Positions 16,049-29,300 of a DNA stretch of 64,000 nucleotides are shown in pieces. This stretch comes from Octopus vulgaris (Eukaryota), in the NCBI GenBank assembly GCA_951406725.2, contig OX597814.1:90024001-90088000 (forward strand), in the 5' to 3' direction. The position numbers and the translations under genes were made by a program. The notes under the pieces were generated by a model. It had not been told where the DNA came from. It saw nothing but the letters and a program-made list of their open reading frames with translations, and made no database searches. Position 1 is the stretch's first letter. The number at the start of each line of letters is the position of its first letter.

Positions 16049-16406
16049 TATATAAAATATAAATGAGTAACAGAAAGGTACAAGTGTCAATTCGTCATTC
16101 GGTCAGTACTTATGTACCAAGTTTGATATTTAATTAATATTGTTGTGAATGTATATCATTCACACACACACACACACGCATACATTTATGTGTGTGTGTG
16201 TGTGCGTGTGTGCGTGTGCATGCGAAAACGCACAAGTCACCATGCTAATAGTGTTCGATATGGAAACCACATTTAGCAGGTGCTTGAGTAACGAGTATAA
16301 AATGATTGAAACACAGGGTTGTTTATAACACGGGAAAAAAGGACAGCTTTAGTTGAAAAGAAGACGGAAGACATGTTAATGGAATTTTGACAATTTCATT
16401 ACATAT

Positions 16407-16573
16407 ATTATTTACATTATTTACATTAGACGGATATTTGTCCTCATCTTGTTTGTTGTTAACACAACGTTTCGGCTGATATACCATTCAGCCTTCTTCA
16501 GGTGTCTTGGGGAAATTCCGAACCTGGGTTCTCATGCCTAAGGTATTTTTCGATGTTATCATCATCATCATCA

Positions 16574-16641
<68 letters not shown>

Positions 16642-16790
16642 GTTATTATTATTCATGTTACTGCCTGGAATCGAACTCGGAATCTTGAGGTTAGAAGCCT
16701 GCGCTCTTAATCACTACGCCATATGCCCGTTGTGTTAACAACAAACAAGATGAGGACAAATATCCGTCAAATGTAAATAATGTAAATAAT
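16407..16790 (-). mobile_element. tRNA-headed, hammerhead-bearing non-autonomous retroelement with 63-bp inverted repeats
   Basis: tRNA-like head at 16728-16661 (A box TGGCGTAGTGA, B box GAGTTCGATTCC), (AAT)n spacer, hammerhead at 16506-16461. Inverted repeats 16407-16469 and 16728-16790 differ at one position. Confidence 0.8.
16461..16506 (-). ncRNA. Minimal type-I hammerhead ribozyme
   Basis: GACAC-CUGAAGA-A-GGCUGA(auggUAUA)UCAGCC-GAAA-CG-UU^GUGUU. Stem I is 5 bp, stem II is 6 bp, and stem III is the palindrome ACGU. Confidence 0.75.
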
Positions 16791-19619
16791 GTACATAATT
16801 CCTCATCTCTTAAATATAGAACTGTATTCATTACATATGTTTCAATAGTTACATCTATCGAATGAACATTATCAAAATATTTGGACATTTTTCAAGTGAT
16901 GAAGATAATTCGATAAAGATTATTGAATCATATTTAATGAAAAATAATCTTTATATCCAACTTAATGTAGATGTTTCGTTAGAACAATGAATACTGCTTT
17001 ATTAGCCTTGAGAAATCCTCTCATATTTGCTCTTGGGTCATAAGAGCACACTCGTAGATTGTAGCAGCCGAGAAGCTTTTGTCATGGGCGCCGGAATTCT
17101 CATATTCCGTGATGTCGTCCTACTGGAAACCATCAACTGGAAGCGACTGGTCACCGTATGCCATTGAAATCTCGGTGCTACAATACTTAGAATATTAGGA
17201 TCTCTTCAGATACTGATGCCGCAACTTAAATGCTGAGGATCCTGATCCAAACAGACCGCGACAGAAGCAGTCTGAATACTAATATGTAATCTTTATATCT
17301 AACTTAACATGGATGTCTTGGAATACTGCTTTATTAACCTCGAGAGATCCTTTCCTATAGGCACTTATGCAAAAAGCCTCATAACGTCTAGTCCATGAAA
17401 GTGTTACATTTTGTTGATCGCAGATGATACATTTGCTGACTTAGAGCGCGAAAGACCTGACCATGTTGAACAAGTTCATGATCCCCGAGTTGCCATGATT
17501 GGCATTGAAAACCAAGTGCGATGTATCATGACATTCCTTACATCATACTTCACTCTGTCATCCTGTACTGTCAATACGTTTAATACACATATAAGAGAGT
17601 TAACACTTTGGTACGCTCGGTAGCATCACATTAGATCATCTTCATTTTCTGTTTACTGGAAATATATGGCAAAACTTTCAAAATATATCATTGGTTATGT
17701 CATCCTACCTGGTGATTCCTCCTGCTTCTACTACCGCAATCAGGCTTCATTGCTCACCTAAATCAGACCTTCGTCACCATATAAAGATCATATATTTTCG
17801 CAAATTTACTGACTGCACATATGAAGGCATACATTTTAAATTTGGTAACTGTTATCACACTTATGAATGACCAATGTCTTCTTCTCTCAGTGAAAGAATG
17901 AACAGTCACATCTATTATGACGTATAATTCGGTTGCCTGTCTGCGTAAGTTGTATCGAAGTTAAAGTTATGGACAACAGTGAAAATCGTGTCTTCTTAGT
18001 GTATTAGAAGAAACATGGCACATTTTCTGCAATTTTTTCAATGTAAACCAAGCTAATATCTACTTAAAGCACTGACAATACCAAATGTTATTGTAAAATA
18101 ACAGATATTTCTTCAATGCTTTTATCTAACGTACCCGAATGTAAGATAGTAACAATAGTTTTGTATGAAATAAGTTAAATATTTTGATAAAAGACTATTT
18201 TTGTACATGAATGTTGCTTAGATTTAAAACAACTGATTTCAATTTGGTGATGGAAAGAAACCAATATAAAAATAGGTGTATTGATGATATTCGTCTGATG
18301 CACATATAAGCTGTTTAAGAAATTGGTTATGTAATGCCATATGGTACATTATAACCACGCGATTATAGAAGCCAAATGCCAAACAGAAGACAAAGTCTGT
18401 ACTATCACATTTAGCAAGAAGCTCACGAGTGTAGTTATAATCTCGAAGATATAGTCTTAAATTCTATTTTTCTCTATACGTAACACTACACATTCATATA
18501 AGACAATCACTCGCAATTCCACGTACATGTGATTAAAGTTTTTTTTAACATTTGATTCCCGCGACCGCCTATATTGTATGACATTTGCAATCGAAGCAGT
18601 TTCCTATCATCTCATGATCAATCGATTTCTCAATATCCTCTCTTATTCCCCGAAACCACCACTTCCACGTTTGCATAGTCTTTGTGTCCCTGAAATAAGA
18701 GTTAAGTCTGACATCTTTTACAATACAAGGAATGTAAAACTAAGAATAAAAATAAAAACACATGATAGCATTTGTAATCAACCTATTCCAGCTATTATTT
18801 CGAAACAACATTTCGAGCGAAGTAAGAGACAAGTAAGGATATAATTGATATGGAAGAACATTTCATGAACAAGAAGAAATAGAAAAGAAAAAGGAAAACG
18901 AAAAACCTATTTTCTTTTAAAAGTTTCCCATGTAAATTGAGCGTTAAATAACTGATAACCGGGAAGAAAAGTAAATGTACTTTGAGGACAAATGTGTTCT
19001 GTTGGAATTATCTAGAGAACACATGAGAAAAATCAATAAATGGCTTGTTCTACTTTAGAGATATGAATCCCATCACAGATAGTGACAGACTACTCCTACT
19101 ATTTTGAAATAGCATTTAAAAGACTCCGGTGAATCCATATAAAGCTATGTTTTAATTTTGTTCACTGAATAGCATATTTTATCGTGGGTCTTAACATCCC
19201 TTATGATCTCGTATGGAATCACAACAAAACGATTAATACTATTTTATTGCTGGGAATGCAAAATTAAGGAATTTATAATTTTAAAAATTCTTGTGTGTTG
19301 ATTGAATTATGAGTTAGAAACGATGTTCAGAATCATGCATTTTGAGGTCATGAATATTACACATGGATATTTTTGTGGAGTTAGAACAAGTATTTATGTT
19401 TTAGTTAACACAGATGATATATTCTAGTTTGGCAAGTTTAATAAGAATATGTTTATTTGATTTTTTTAAAAGTGTAAACTCTTCATGAACGAAATTTGAA
19501 TACTATAACTATGTGAAAATTTAAACTCGCGAATGCTTCTGAAATAAAAAGTAATGTCACGGAGAAAGTGTATAGGTGTGGAATCAAGACAAAGGAAGAA
19601 AATAATTGTTTTTAACTTA

Positions 19620-19805
19620 GAAACAAGGCGAGCAATCTTGCGCGAAGAGTGTTCGTCGATATTATCGATCCTAGTACTTAACTGGTACATTATTTTATCG
19701 GCCACGAAAAGATGAAAAAGATTGTGTATCGTCAATGAGATTCGAGCACAGAATGTAAAGAATCTGAAGTAATACCTCAAGGTATTTTTCCCGTCGCTCT
19801 AACAA
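19620..19805 (-). mobile_element. Degenerate SINE (5824 family)
   Basis: Core gtcgatattatcgatcctagtacttaactggtac...ttatcgg...aaaagatgaaa. Confidence 0.6.
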
Positions 19806-20497
19806 TCCATTCAGAACACATCAAACCAATAGAGAAAACCAACAGAGGAGCAAGATTTAGAAAGCTGACGTGAAATTATTGATGTTTTAATGTGTTGCAT
19901 ACAAAAAAAAAACAAACAAACAAACAAAACAAAACAAAAATACGCTTCAATTTTCTCTTAAGTAAACTTTCTCAAAAGTGACACATTCTATTTTCTAAAC
20001 CATTTTGCACTAATTTTTAAATATCTGATTTAGTTCCTAATGGGGAAATACTCAGCAAATATAAATAATACATATCTTTCAACGGAAAGAAAAAAAAAAT
20101 TCCAAATAAGTCGAGGAGTATAACATCTTCAGATATCTGAGACAATTATCTAACAGTTAGATTTTAAAATGACTTAAGAGAGGGTTTTGTTATCATGTTT
20201 ATTTTTCGTTAATTTAAGTTTCACAAATGGTCAATGAAGGAGTACGTTGCAGTTCGTTTGGATCAAGTTTCCAAGAATCGTTTTGGAACTTCTTCATCTC
20301 ATCTTCTGCATGAAGTTATATTAACACTTGTTGCAATCATTTTATAGCAGGGACAACTAATGTGACCTGTGTTGTTCTCACCACAGGGGTTTGAATTTTG
20401 GACCATTAGATTTTATACGTCATCAGTTACAGTTTTATCTTCTGTTATTAAAGTATATTATTTGTGTGTTATTTTAAGTACTATGGGTATGGGTATG

Positions 20498-20830
20498 TGA
20501 AGGCGTATGGCTCAGTGGCTAAAGCGTCGAGCTTGCGATCGTGAGGTTATGAGTTCGATTCGCGGACCGGGCTGCGTATTGTGTTCTTGAGCAAGACACT
20601 TTATTTCACGTTGCTCCAGTTAACTGAGCTGCAGAAATGAGTTGCGACATCACTGGTGCCAAGCTGTATCGACATTAGCTTTTCCCTTGGATAACATCAG
20701 TGGCGTGAAGAGGGGAGGCTGGTATACATGGGCGACTGCTGGCCCTCCATAAACAAACTTGCCCGGACTTGTACCTAGGGGGGTAACTTTCTTGGTGCAA
20801 TCCCATGGTCATTCATGACCGAAGGGGGTA
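20498..20830 (+). mobile_element. tRNA-derived SINE, second family
   Basis: A box TGGCTCAGTGG, B box GAGTTCGATTC and core TTGAGCAAGACACTTTATTTCACGTTGCT shared with 43553. TATGGGTAT on both flanks is a possible TSD. Confidence 0.8.
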
Positions 20831-21334
20831 TCCCCATTATGGGTATCGCTTTGTAGTATGAGTATTGCTATCAATGATAAAGTAAGGTTAGCTAATGTTT
20901 CTTTTTGTAATTTCGCTTTGTGTTGCTTGATAAAATGCATTGCAATTGCCTCTCGTGATAACTAGTACTAAGCTACAGCTAATCATTCAAAGTCTCGTGC
21001 CGACGTGCAAACTAATTCTATTGTCATATAAATAGTACACACATCGCATCACTTTGTCTGAAATATGACACTGATAACGTCAAGTAAGGTTGTCGAGGGA
21101 CTTGGGAATTTTATCATTCAATGGAAAGTGAAAAATGCATATATTATGTTTAAGAAACAAAAGGAATAATATATGAAATAAAATTAGAATACAACGAATG
21201 CATTACATTTGTACGTGTGAAGGAATGCATGTGTACATACACACAAATGCACACACGCACACGCACACACGCACGAACACACACGCACGAACACACACAC
21301 GCGCATACACATTCGTATGTGTGTGTGCACCGTT

Positions 21335-21722
21335 GTTGGTGTCCAAAGCCAGCAATTCGAAGATAGAATAAGTCGATTACATCGACTCTAGTATTCAATG
21401 GGTAATTATTTAATCGACCCCGAAAGGATGAAAGGCAAAGACGGCCTCGGCAGAATTTGAATTGAAGCCCGTAAAGACGCGCGAAATACCAATTTCTTTA
21501 CTACCCGCAAGGAGCTAGACATAGAGGAGACAAACAAGGACAGATAGACGGATTAAGTCGATTATATCGACCCCAGTGCGTAACTGGTACTTAATTTATC
21601 GACCCCGAAAGGATGAAAGGCAAATTCGACCTCGGTGGAATTTGAACTCAGAACGTAATGGCAGACGAAATACCGCTAAGCATTTTGTCTGGCGTTCTAA
21701 CGACTCTGCCTACTCGCCATCT
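21335..21722 (-). mobile_element. SINE (5824 family) with duplicated core
   Basis: Two ATCGACCCCGAAAGGATGAAAGGCAAA cores near 21413 and 21598. Same layout as 45103-45475. Confidence 0.8.
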
Positions 21723-24700
21723 TCGCACCATTATAGATATTAACGAGTGTTTGTTAGTTCACGGTGGAGAAAGATTATTCTATTTCAAACGTTTGGTTTT
21801 TCTGATCTGTGACCTTCTTGTAATATTTGTACTCATTAACAAACGTTTAGACAATGGTGCTTCCGTTGTACAATGGTTTGTCCCTATCAAATTTGACATG
21901 TGTGTATACTTCCGTGGTCTTTTTTCTGTTCCCTGTGAACATGAAAACCTAACGCCTTGGCTTCCTCAAAGAGTTAGAATGCATATTGAGAATCGTGACA
22001 ATGAAATACCAACTTCCGTAATTTCCTCAGTAGTTAAGGGATACAGAAAGTGCCTAACAGTTAGCCGTCTCGAATCTAGAGTGAAACTGTTTTCTTTGTT
22101 AAAGTACAGTTGAGGACCTAAGTCATGTCTTTGTCTTACCATAGTGGCATAAGTCTTCTTTCTTTCGAGTTCTATGAGAGGAAAAGATCTATCATGTTTA
22201 GAGTGCGTGGCCATGTAGATGTTTATGCATAGGTGGTTTGTGTGTGATGATGTTATGTGTGCTTGTTTTAAGTTTCCTGAAAACGCTGTAGCGGCACGTG
22301 CTGTGTTATGAAAAATGGGGTGAAAGTATACACACAGCTTTTATAATTAGAACTGCTTAATGTTTGTGATCCGCACCAACGTAGGAGTTTACTATTCACG
22401 TCTGAACTAAGACATCGGAAAAAAAAAACATGGAATAAAACGATACCGAAACATTGTCGAGATGGTTGATTTGATGAGCAGAATTGGAGAGTAACAAATG
22501 ATCCAATGTTGTGATGTTGTGATGCAGGACAAGTGAGCAGTTGTTATGTAACTCGATAAACCAATCAATTAATCTTTGAACAGTCTTGTTTACATATAGA
22601 TCATCATACGGGAGGTATTTCATAGGTAATAGAAGAGGCCCCTGACTGTGCAGATGAACTGGTCCGACATGTGGAAAGAAAAGGATATGAAAGTTTGTCT
22701 TTTCAGAGGAGATGGATAGGCCCAACAAAAGGGATGCAAATAAAAAAGATGACCCGGAGTGCATGTGTGTTGGAAGAGAACCTACGAAGCAGTAAGTAAC
22801 GTTAAACTAAACTTTTTAGTTTGCAATTCCGTGCTTCTCTTTGTTTTGTTATTCAGACAATTCCTTGAACTTTAAATGTCGTTAGCGGAGACCTAGCCGC
22901 CCCCTCTTTTACAGTTACTTTCATTTAATTAAGTGAGATCAAAGAATATCATGATTATAGATATACTCATGTAGCGTATATGAAATATTCACTAAGATAG
23001 AAAAAAGTGAACCGCCCACTTTTCTTAGGCTGCACTTGTAAATGTTTTATGCTTATATTACCAAAATCTTAACCGTTTACACACACACACACACACACAT
23101 ACACGGGAAGACACACAATCGCGCACGCACACAAACGTGTATATGTGGAGGGTGGGAGAGAGAGACAGAGAAAGATATCTGATATTTTTATGGCTTTACG
23201 TGCAACATCATGAATGTTGTTATTGAATCAATCCCTTTTGTGATTCAAGTGTGAAATGATATTTTATACACATAAATAGTTGTTTTTGTTTCCTTTACGT
23301 TATGCGAAAACGTGATTTTCTGAGAAACTCAGAAGCATAGACATACATTTCTGTCTTTCTATCTACACATTTACCAAATTCCTCTCTTTATCTCTCTCTT
23401 TCTTATCTTTATACATAGATACACGCACAGATACACACAATCGCACATATGCACGCATGCACGGACACACACACACACACTCACATACACACATAAATAC
23501 ATATAAATATAAATGTATACGTCCATATATGTTTGTGTATGTGTCTGTGTATCGATGTGTGTGTGTAATATAACGGGTGCACTTATCTATAGATCATTAC
23601 ACATGCATATGCATATTCTTAAACTTATATATATACATTACGAGCATAAAAAAAAAACATTGCTGCAGCGAAATCAATATTTCTACCCAGCACATATGTC
23701 AAACAAGATATAAATTGACGCCGAAATTCCGATTCATAAAAGCGGATATCGGAATTCGCAATTCATACAAGCTGGAAATGAAGATGAGATGCTATGCAAA
23801 TATAAAAAATAATTCTTAGAATTCCTGGAAATAAAAGCGGCTCAATCTTACTAATCTGAAGCAAAATCACAGGATCAAAGCAAACATCATTATGTTTAAA
23901 AATTTGCCCATAAAAATGCATTCAAATGAAAACAACTAAAGTCTTAGAAGCGGCATGAGCAAATAAATGCTATAATTCAGATGGTCAAGAAGGACATTGC
24001 ACATTCAAGCATAAGAACATCTAAAGGGGAATATACGTGGAAGAAAATGGGTAATGAAGAAATACAAGAAAAATCATAGAAGTGACATAAAATTTGTAAA
24101 ATCAGGAATGATATGGATTATCTGAATAACTAACGAAATATATATTTCAGATGAATTGCTCTGTAAAAAAGGTGAATATAATTTATCATTGAATTAATCA
24201 TCTGATACTGATGCATCTTGACTACCAAAGTGTATAGGATATACATGGACTAGAGCGTAGTTTACTGAATCGAAACCATTGCCTTACAATTACGTATTCT
24301 GAATGATGAACGTACAAATCAAGCGCTATATGTAATATAAGTTATTTGAATCTATCCTCTACAATTTATGTCAATTTTCTGCCCTCTCTTCCCTTAATAG
24401 TCTATCATATCTTTCAAAATACATCGTTCAAAGTCTCTACCACAGTATCAAACCGAATTTACTGGAATTAGGTTAAAGGGCATCAGATATTCAATAGATA
24501 CGTGCATTCAAATATGAACATTCAGCTTAAATTTATTGTGACATTAAAAGAAAACTAGAATATAGAGTATCACATAACGAAGTTTTTGATGATGGGAATA
24601 TAACATCAAAGGTAAATCAAGCGATGACCATTGTATTTTTTTCTTTTCAGCAAAAGTCTACTCTAGGCTGCATTGTCAAGTGTAACACGTAAAGCATAAT

Positions 24701-25704
24701 TTAAGGAAAACTCGGTTTCCATTTCCTGTAGGAAGATCGGCTGCATAGAGGTAGCCTCTTTGAACAAAGTAATTAAGACTGACAGACGAAGTTTATGTCT
24801 TTCATATCATGGAAATAAACAAGAAAAGGATACTTTTACAATTTTACAATGATGCTGATACAATTTTAAAACAAAATATTACCTTACAACGATTGGTGAT
24901 AGTGAAATATAAGTATATCAATTCTGAAGGAAGAGAAGCTAAAATATATTTTGAATTGAAAATACCTTGTTTAAACTTGTTCTAGCTGTTTACCTTTAGG
25001 TTAAGTCTCATTATGCTTATCCGTAGTAAAAAAAAAATTATTTCAGTTGTGACAATTCTATCTTTTGAGGCGAATTGTGTGCAATACAATTGCTAAAGTA
25101 TCTTATAATTTTAAAGGTGGTAGAAGACGCTAAGTAGGTGATTTGGCTAATATTTTTCGGGCTGAATCACTTACCTTAAAATCTAATACATGTAAGTTTG
25201 CTTAACAGGAAGTCAAACAACCATTTTGCGTATCCCTCGGTCGCCGGTCAAACCCACTGATATTACTGATGCTTAGATCCGCTTCTCTTTTTAGTTGACC
25301 TAAGATGAAAGGTTTTCGTATCCGATTATTCTGTGGTTTCTGATACATTATCTTATACTAAATTATTCAATATATGCACCTCTATTTTAAGAACTAAGGA
25401 CTGGGTTCCAGAAATAATTGATTAAGCTACCAGTTTTTGTAAGCAGAGGAAATCTGCCAAAAGAAGGCGGCTGGGCGATCTTCACGATAAACGTGGTTGA
25501 TAACAGGATCCGTCCTACACGTGTCAACAGCTAGTCAACAAACCTCCACAAGTCAGCAATGTCCGGACACTAGACGAGTGCATGCAGAACAGTTTCATCA
25601 CACTGGACACATCGACAGGCAAACTTTTTCGTGAATTTCGTAAGACGCGATATAAACAACAGGAAAATTACAATCTGTTCAATTTTCAATATTGTTCTGT
25701 TACC

Positions 25705-25832
25705 TAGGTCGACTTTGCCTTTCATCCTTTCGGGGTCGATAGATTAAGTACCAACTGCGTACTGGGGCTCGAGCTAATCAACTGACCCCTTCCCCCAAAA
25801 TTTCGGGCCTTGTACCTAGAGGAGAAAAGAAT
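25705..25832 (+). mobile_element. 3' half of a SINE (5824 family)
   Basis: GGTCGACTTTGCCTTTCATCCTTTCGGGGTCGAT core and tail. Confidence 0.75.
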
Positions 25833-26577
25833 ATAGCTGTGTTACTTTAGTAATATAATCGATTTTCTATTTTTGCAAATGTGCAAAAATATTGAAACCT
25901 AACCGAAATTATAAAGGAGTTATTTGTAACAGCTACTTGCAACACGTACCATGTTTACCAGCATACAAAGCGACATCGTAGAGAGTGTAATCATGTGATA
26001 GAAACATTCATTCAAACATTGTCACTATCTGTCCAAATCCTGCCGCATTCCACATGGAATTTTTGGTGCTCCAAAGTTTTCATGGTGCATATGTTGACCT
26101 ACCATTATAAGCTGTAAATGTTGGACTGAAAAGTGTTGGCTTGCATGTCACAAAATACTGTATGTTCATATCTTCTTGCATCTAAATTTTAAGTTATTAA
26201 ACTGTTTTGAAGTTTATATTAATTTTAAGGAAAATCATAAACAAGCTTGCATTTCGTCGGTAATGCCCCTGAGAAAAGAGAGACCGCTACCACAAGTCTT
26301 TTCATGGTGATCTAAAGTTTATTTTCTTTACCATTACATATATAATTACGTAATGAGAAATTACGATCCCCGGCTGTCATGTAGGATTAATTTGCTGTAG
26401 AAATATAACCTACTCCGGGTATAAAATCTAATATTTTGCCGGTATGATTGAGAGACATTTGCATATCAAAATCTATTAATGATATTAAACCTGATGCATC
26501 ACCTGTCCATTATTTTATGGAAATGAAAGAAAGCAAAACACACAACAAACTTTGAAATAAATTTTCTTAACCATAAT

Positions 26578-26678
26578 ATGTGTGTGTGTGTTTGTGTGCG
26601 TGCGTATATGGCTATGTATGTATGTATATATGTATGTATGAATGTATGTATGTATGTATATATATAAATGTATATGTA

Positions 26679-26724
<46 letters not shown>

Positions 26725-26760
26725 TGCATTTATGTATGTATAAATCTATAGATGTACATG

Positions 26761-26825
<65 letters not shown>

Positions 26826-26900
26826 GTGTGTATGTATATATATGCATGTATGTATGTATGTATATATATATATATGTATATATATTTATATATGCATGTA
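26578..26900. repeat. (TA)n/(TATG)n compound microsatellite
   Basis: Direct reading. Confidence 0.9.
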
Positions 26901-27457
26901 TTTATTTTCTCCAGAGTAAAAGGCGATGCTAGCCTGAGTGTGCATTTAGCAAGAATACTGATAATTTTAATGTTTGAAGATTGTATCATTAATCTTCTCA
27001 GGCGTTTTGTAAAGTATGCAACATCATATAGGGCAAAGTTATCACAATCGTGTCAATAACCCTGTTTAGATAATATTTAGATAGCATTGGAATCGAACAA
27101 AATGCAAATAAACATAAAAACCTGTTTTTCTAGACATCACTCTTTCTCTATTACTTCGTTAATGACAAGCTGAATGCAGAAGTAATTTACTGTATACAGA
27201 AGCAATTTACATGATGAATAAATGCATATGAATAATAGGATCTGATAAATCACTGATAAATGAAAATGTCACAATTTATTGATAGTTACTTCGAGTGAAC
27301 TGTTTAGTTAACCGTTATGTTTTTCCTTTATAATTTATTTAGCCTAATGTGCTGCTGGGAAACAAAATGAAAGTTAAAAAAGCATTAAAAACTAATTAAT
27401 AAGTAATATTGTTGAACTAACGCTATTTCTTGTTTAGCTACTGCATTAAAAAGAATA

Positions 27458-27546
<89 letters not shown>

Positions 27547-28884
27547 CATAAGTTATTATGTGCAATTTCAAGTAGCTGCTAAAATATCTTGTATTGGAGT
27601 ATCTCTCTCTTTCTCTATTTCTCTATCTATATATCTGTACATCTATCTATGTATCTATCTGCCTGTTAGTGAATCTCTCTCCCTCTGTGTTTATGTATGT
27701 GTGTGTTTGCGTGTGTGTTTGATTATACGTGTATATGTTAGAGTACATGTGTGGGGTGTTTGATGCTATTTGTGTATTAGAATTCAAACAAAAGTATATA
27801 CAATGTGGGACGTGCATTGTACAAACGGTGTTACACAGCGCATTAAATACTTCTGAAACAGAGTCCAGCCTCAATCACAGATCCGAGTGGAGCAATTAGA
27901 AAATTTCGTCTTAAGATAAAGAGTCAGGCGTACAAACGTTTTATTTTTCTCTCCCTAGGCCAAAACAATAAATGCATTTTACGTTTTTTCTTCAGCAACA
28001 GGAATTAATCCAATAATTTTTGCTATCCATGAATGCAGAGTAGTGTTAATAGCTAGGCTTTAATCGTTGCATAAGAAAAAGAATTCCACCTCTTAGAATA
28101 TACAACGTTAACGACATTTGTTTGTTCAAGATCGTATCTATACCTAAAATAATTAGGAAATAGTTTACAAGCACAGAATTAGCGGTTTGTTTTATATCAC
28201 AAAATTGAATCTCTCCTTTACTTCCTAACCTATTAATCTATTTATGTATCTATCTACCTGTCTGTATATGTCATATACATTTTTAGAAAAAAAAAAATGA
28301 ATTAAACAAAATCTATATCAACAATAATAAGTAATCTTCAAAGTGCTTCTTGCGCGTCATTAAAAGAAAATTTTAAGTAAACCGTGAAGTTAGACCAAGA
28401 CAACGGTGTCCTTCTCTGCTTGTTTCACACTGTGTCGGATAATAAAATGCTAATAATAATTTTACAAATGTTATCAAAACTACAATAGTATAATACTAGA
28501 GTGCAATAGTAGTGTTGTTTTGCTCCAGCAAAAGATAATAAAAATATTTCACACAATAGGATGTATATTTATATCACACCGAAGGAGTAAAGTCTTGCGA
28601 TTTCGTTAGTAATGCGGGATAAAGAATTTGGGATTATTGAGAGAGAAAAGGGTGGAAATGACAAAGAAAGGCACTTCGATATTCGTACAGACAGACAAAC
28701 AGACAAACGTAAAAAACATGTATATACATATACACATACAGACATATGTATATATACATACATAAATGCATATTCACACAGAGGCACGCACAAACAAAGG
28801 CGCTTGCATAATTCTCTCCACTCTGACGATGGATCTTTTATGAAATGTTAGTCTAATCTAGTTTAAAGTTTAAGCATGTTAATG

Positions 28885-29102
28885 TTGGCTTCAAATTTTG
28901 GCACAAGTCCAGCAATTTTGGAGGAGGGAGTAAGTCGATTACATCTACCCGAGCGTTCGACTGGTATTTATTTTATCGACGCCGAAAGGGATAAAAGGCA
29001 AAATCGACCTCGGCAGTATTTGAACTCGGAACGGAATGTCGGACGAGATGACGCTAACCATCTTACCCGGTTTGCTAACGATTTTACCAGCTCGCCGCCT
29101 TA
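28885..29102 (-). mobile_element. tRNA-derived SINE (5824 family)
   Basis: Same head (reverse complement ccagctcgccgcctta) and core. Confidence 0.8.
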
Positions 29103-29300
29103 AAACATTTTAATATTAGATTGTGTTGAATATCTTCAAATATGATGTGACATATTACTTCATAGTTTTTAATCCTATGTTCAGCTCTATAACTGCTTAT
29201 GCATTTGTGTAAGATATGTATTAATATACTATAGCAGACACATGCTTCCTTAGCCTTAAACCTGATAATACTAATCTATATTTTTGAGGTGAAGAATTAT

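Noticed and set aside
16661-16728. Possible tRNA gene (also 20498, 29483 and 43553)
   Set aside because: A and B boxes are present, but the acceptor stem does not close and each continues into a repeated body, so these are SINE heads.
16407-16790. MITE interpretation of the inverted repeats
   Set aside because: Arm lengths and inner breakpoints differ between the two copies, and one arm is just the inverse of the element's own 3' end. I saw no consistent TSD.
16945-17780. ~75-bp direct repeat and a GDFNA-like APE trace on the minus strand
   Set aside because: Too degraded to classify. Probably an old LINE.
24630-27010. Candidate host exons (acceptor-like sites at 24650 and 26914, and a minus-strand AG..GT segment near 26100-26183)
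   Set aside because: No recognisable protein, and such splice-like sites are common by chance. RNA-seq would be needed.
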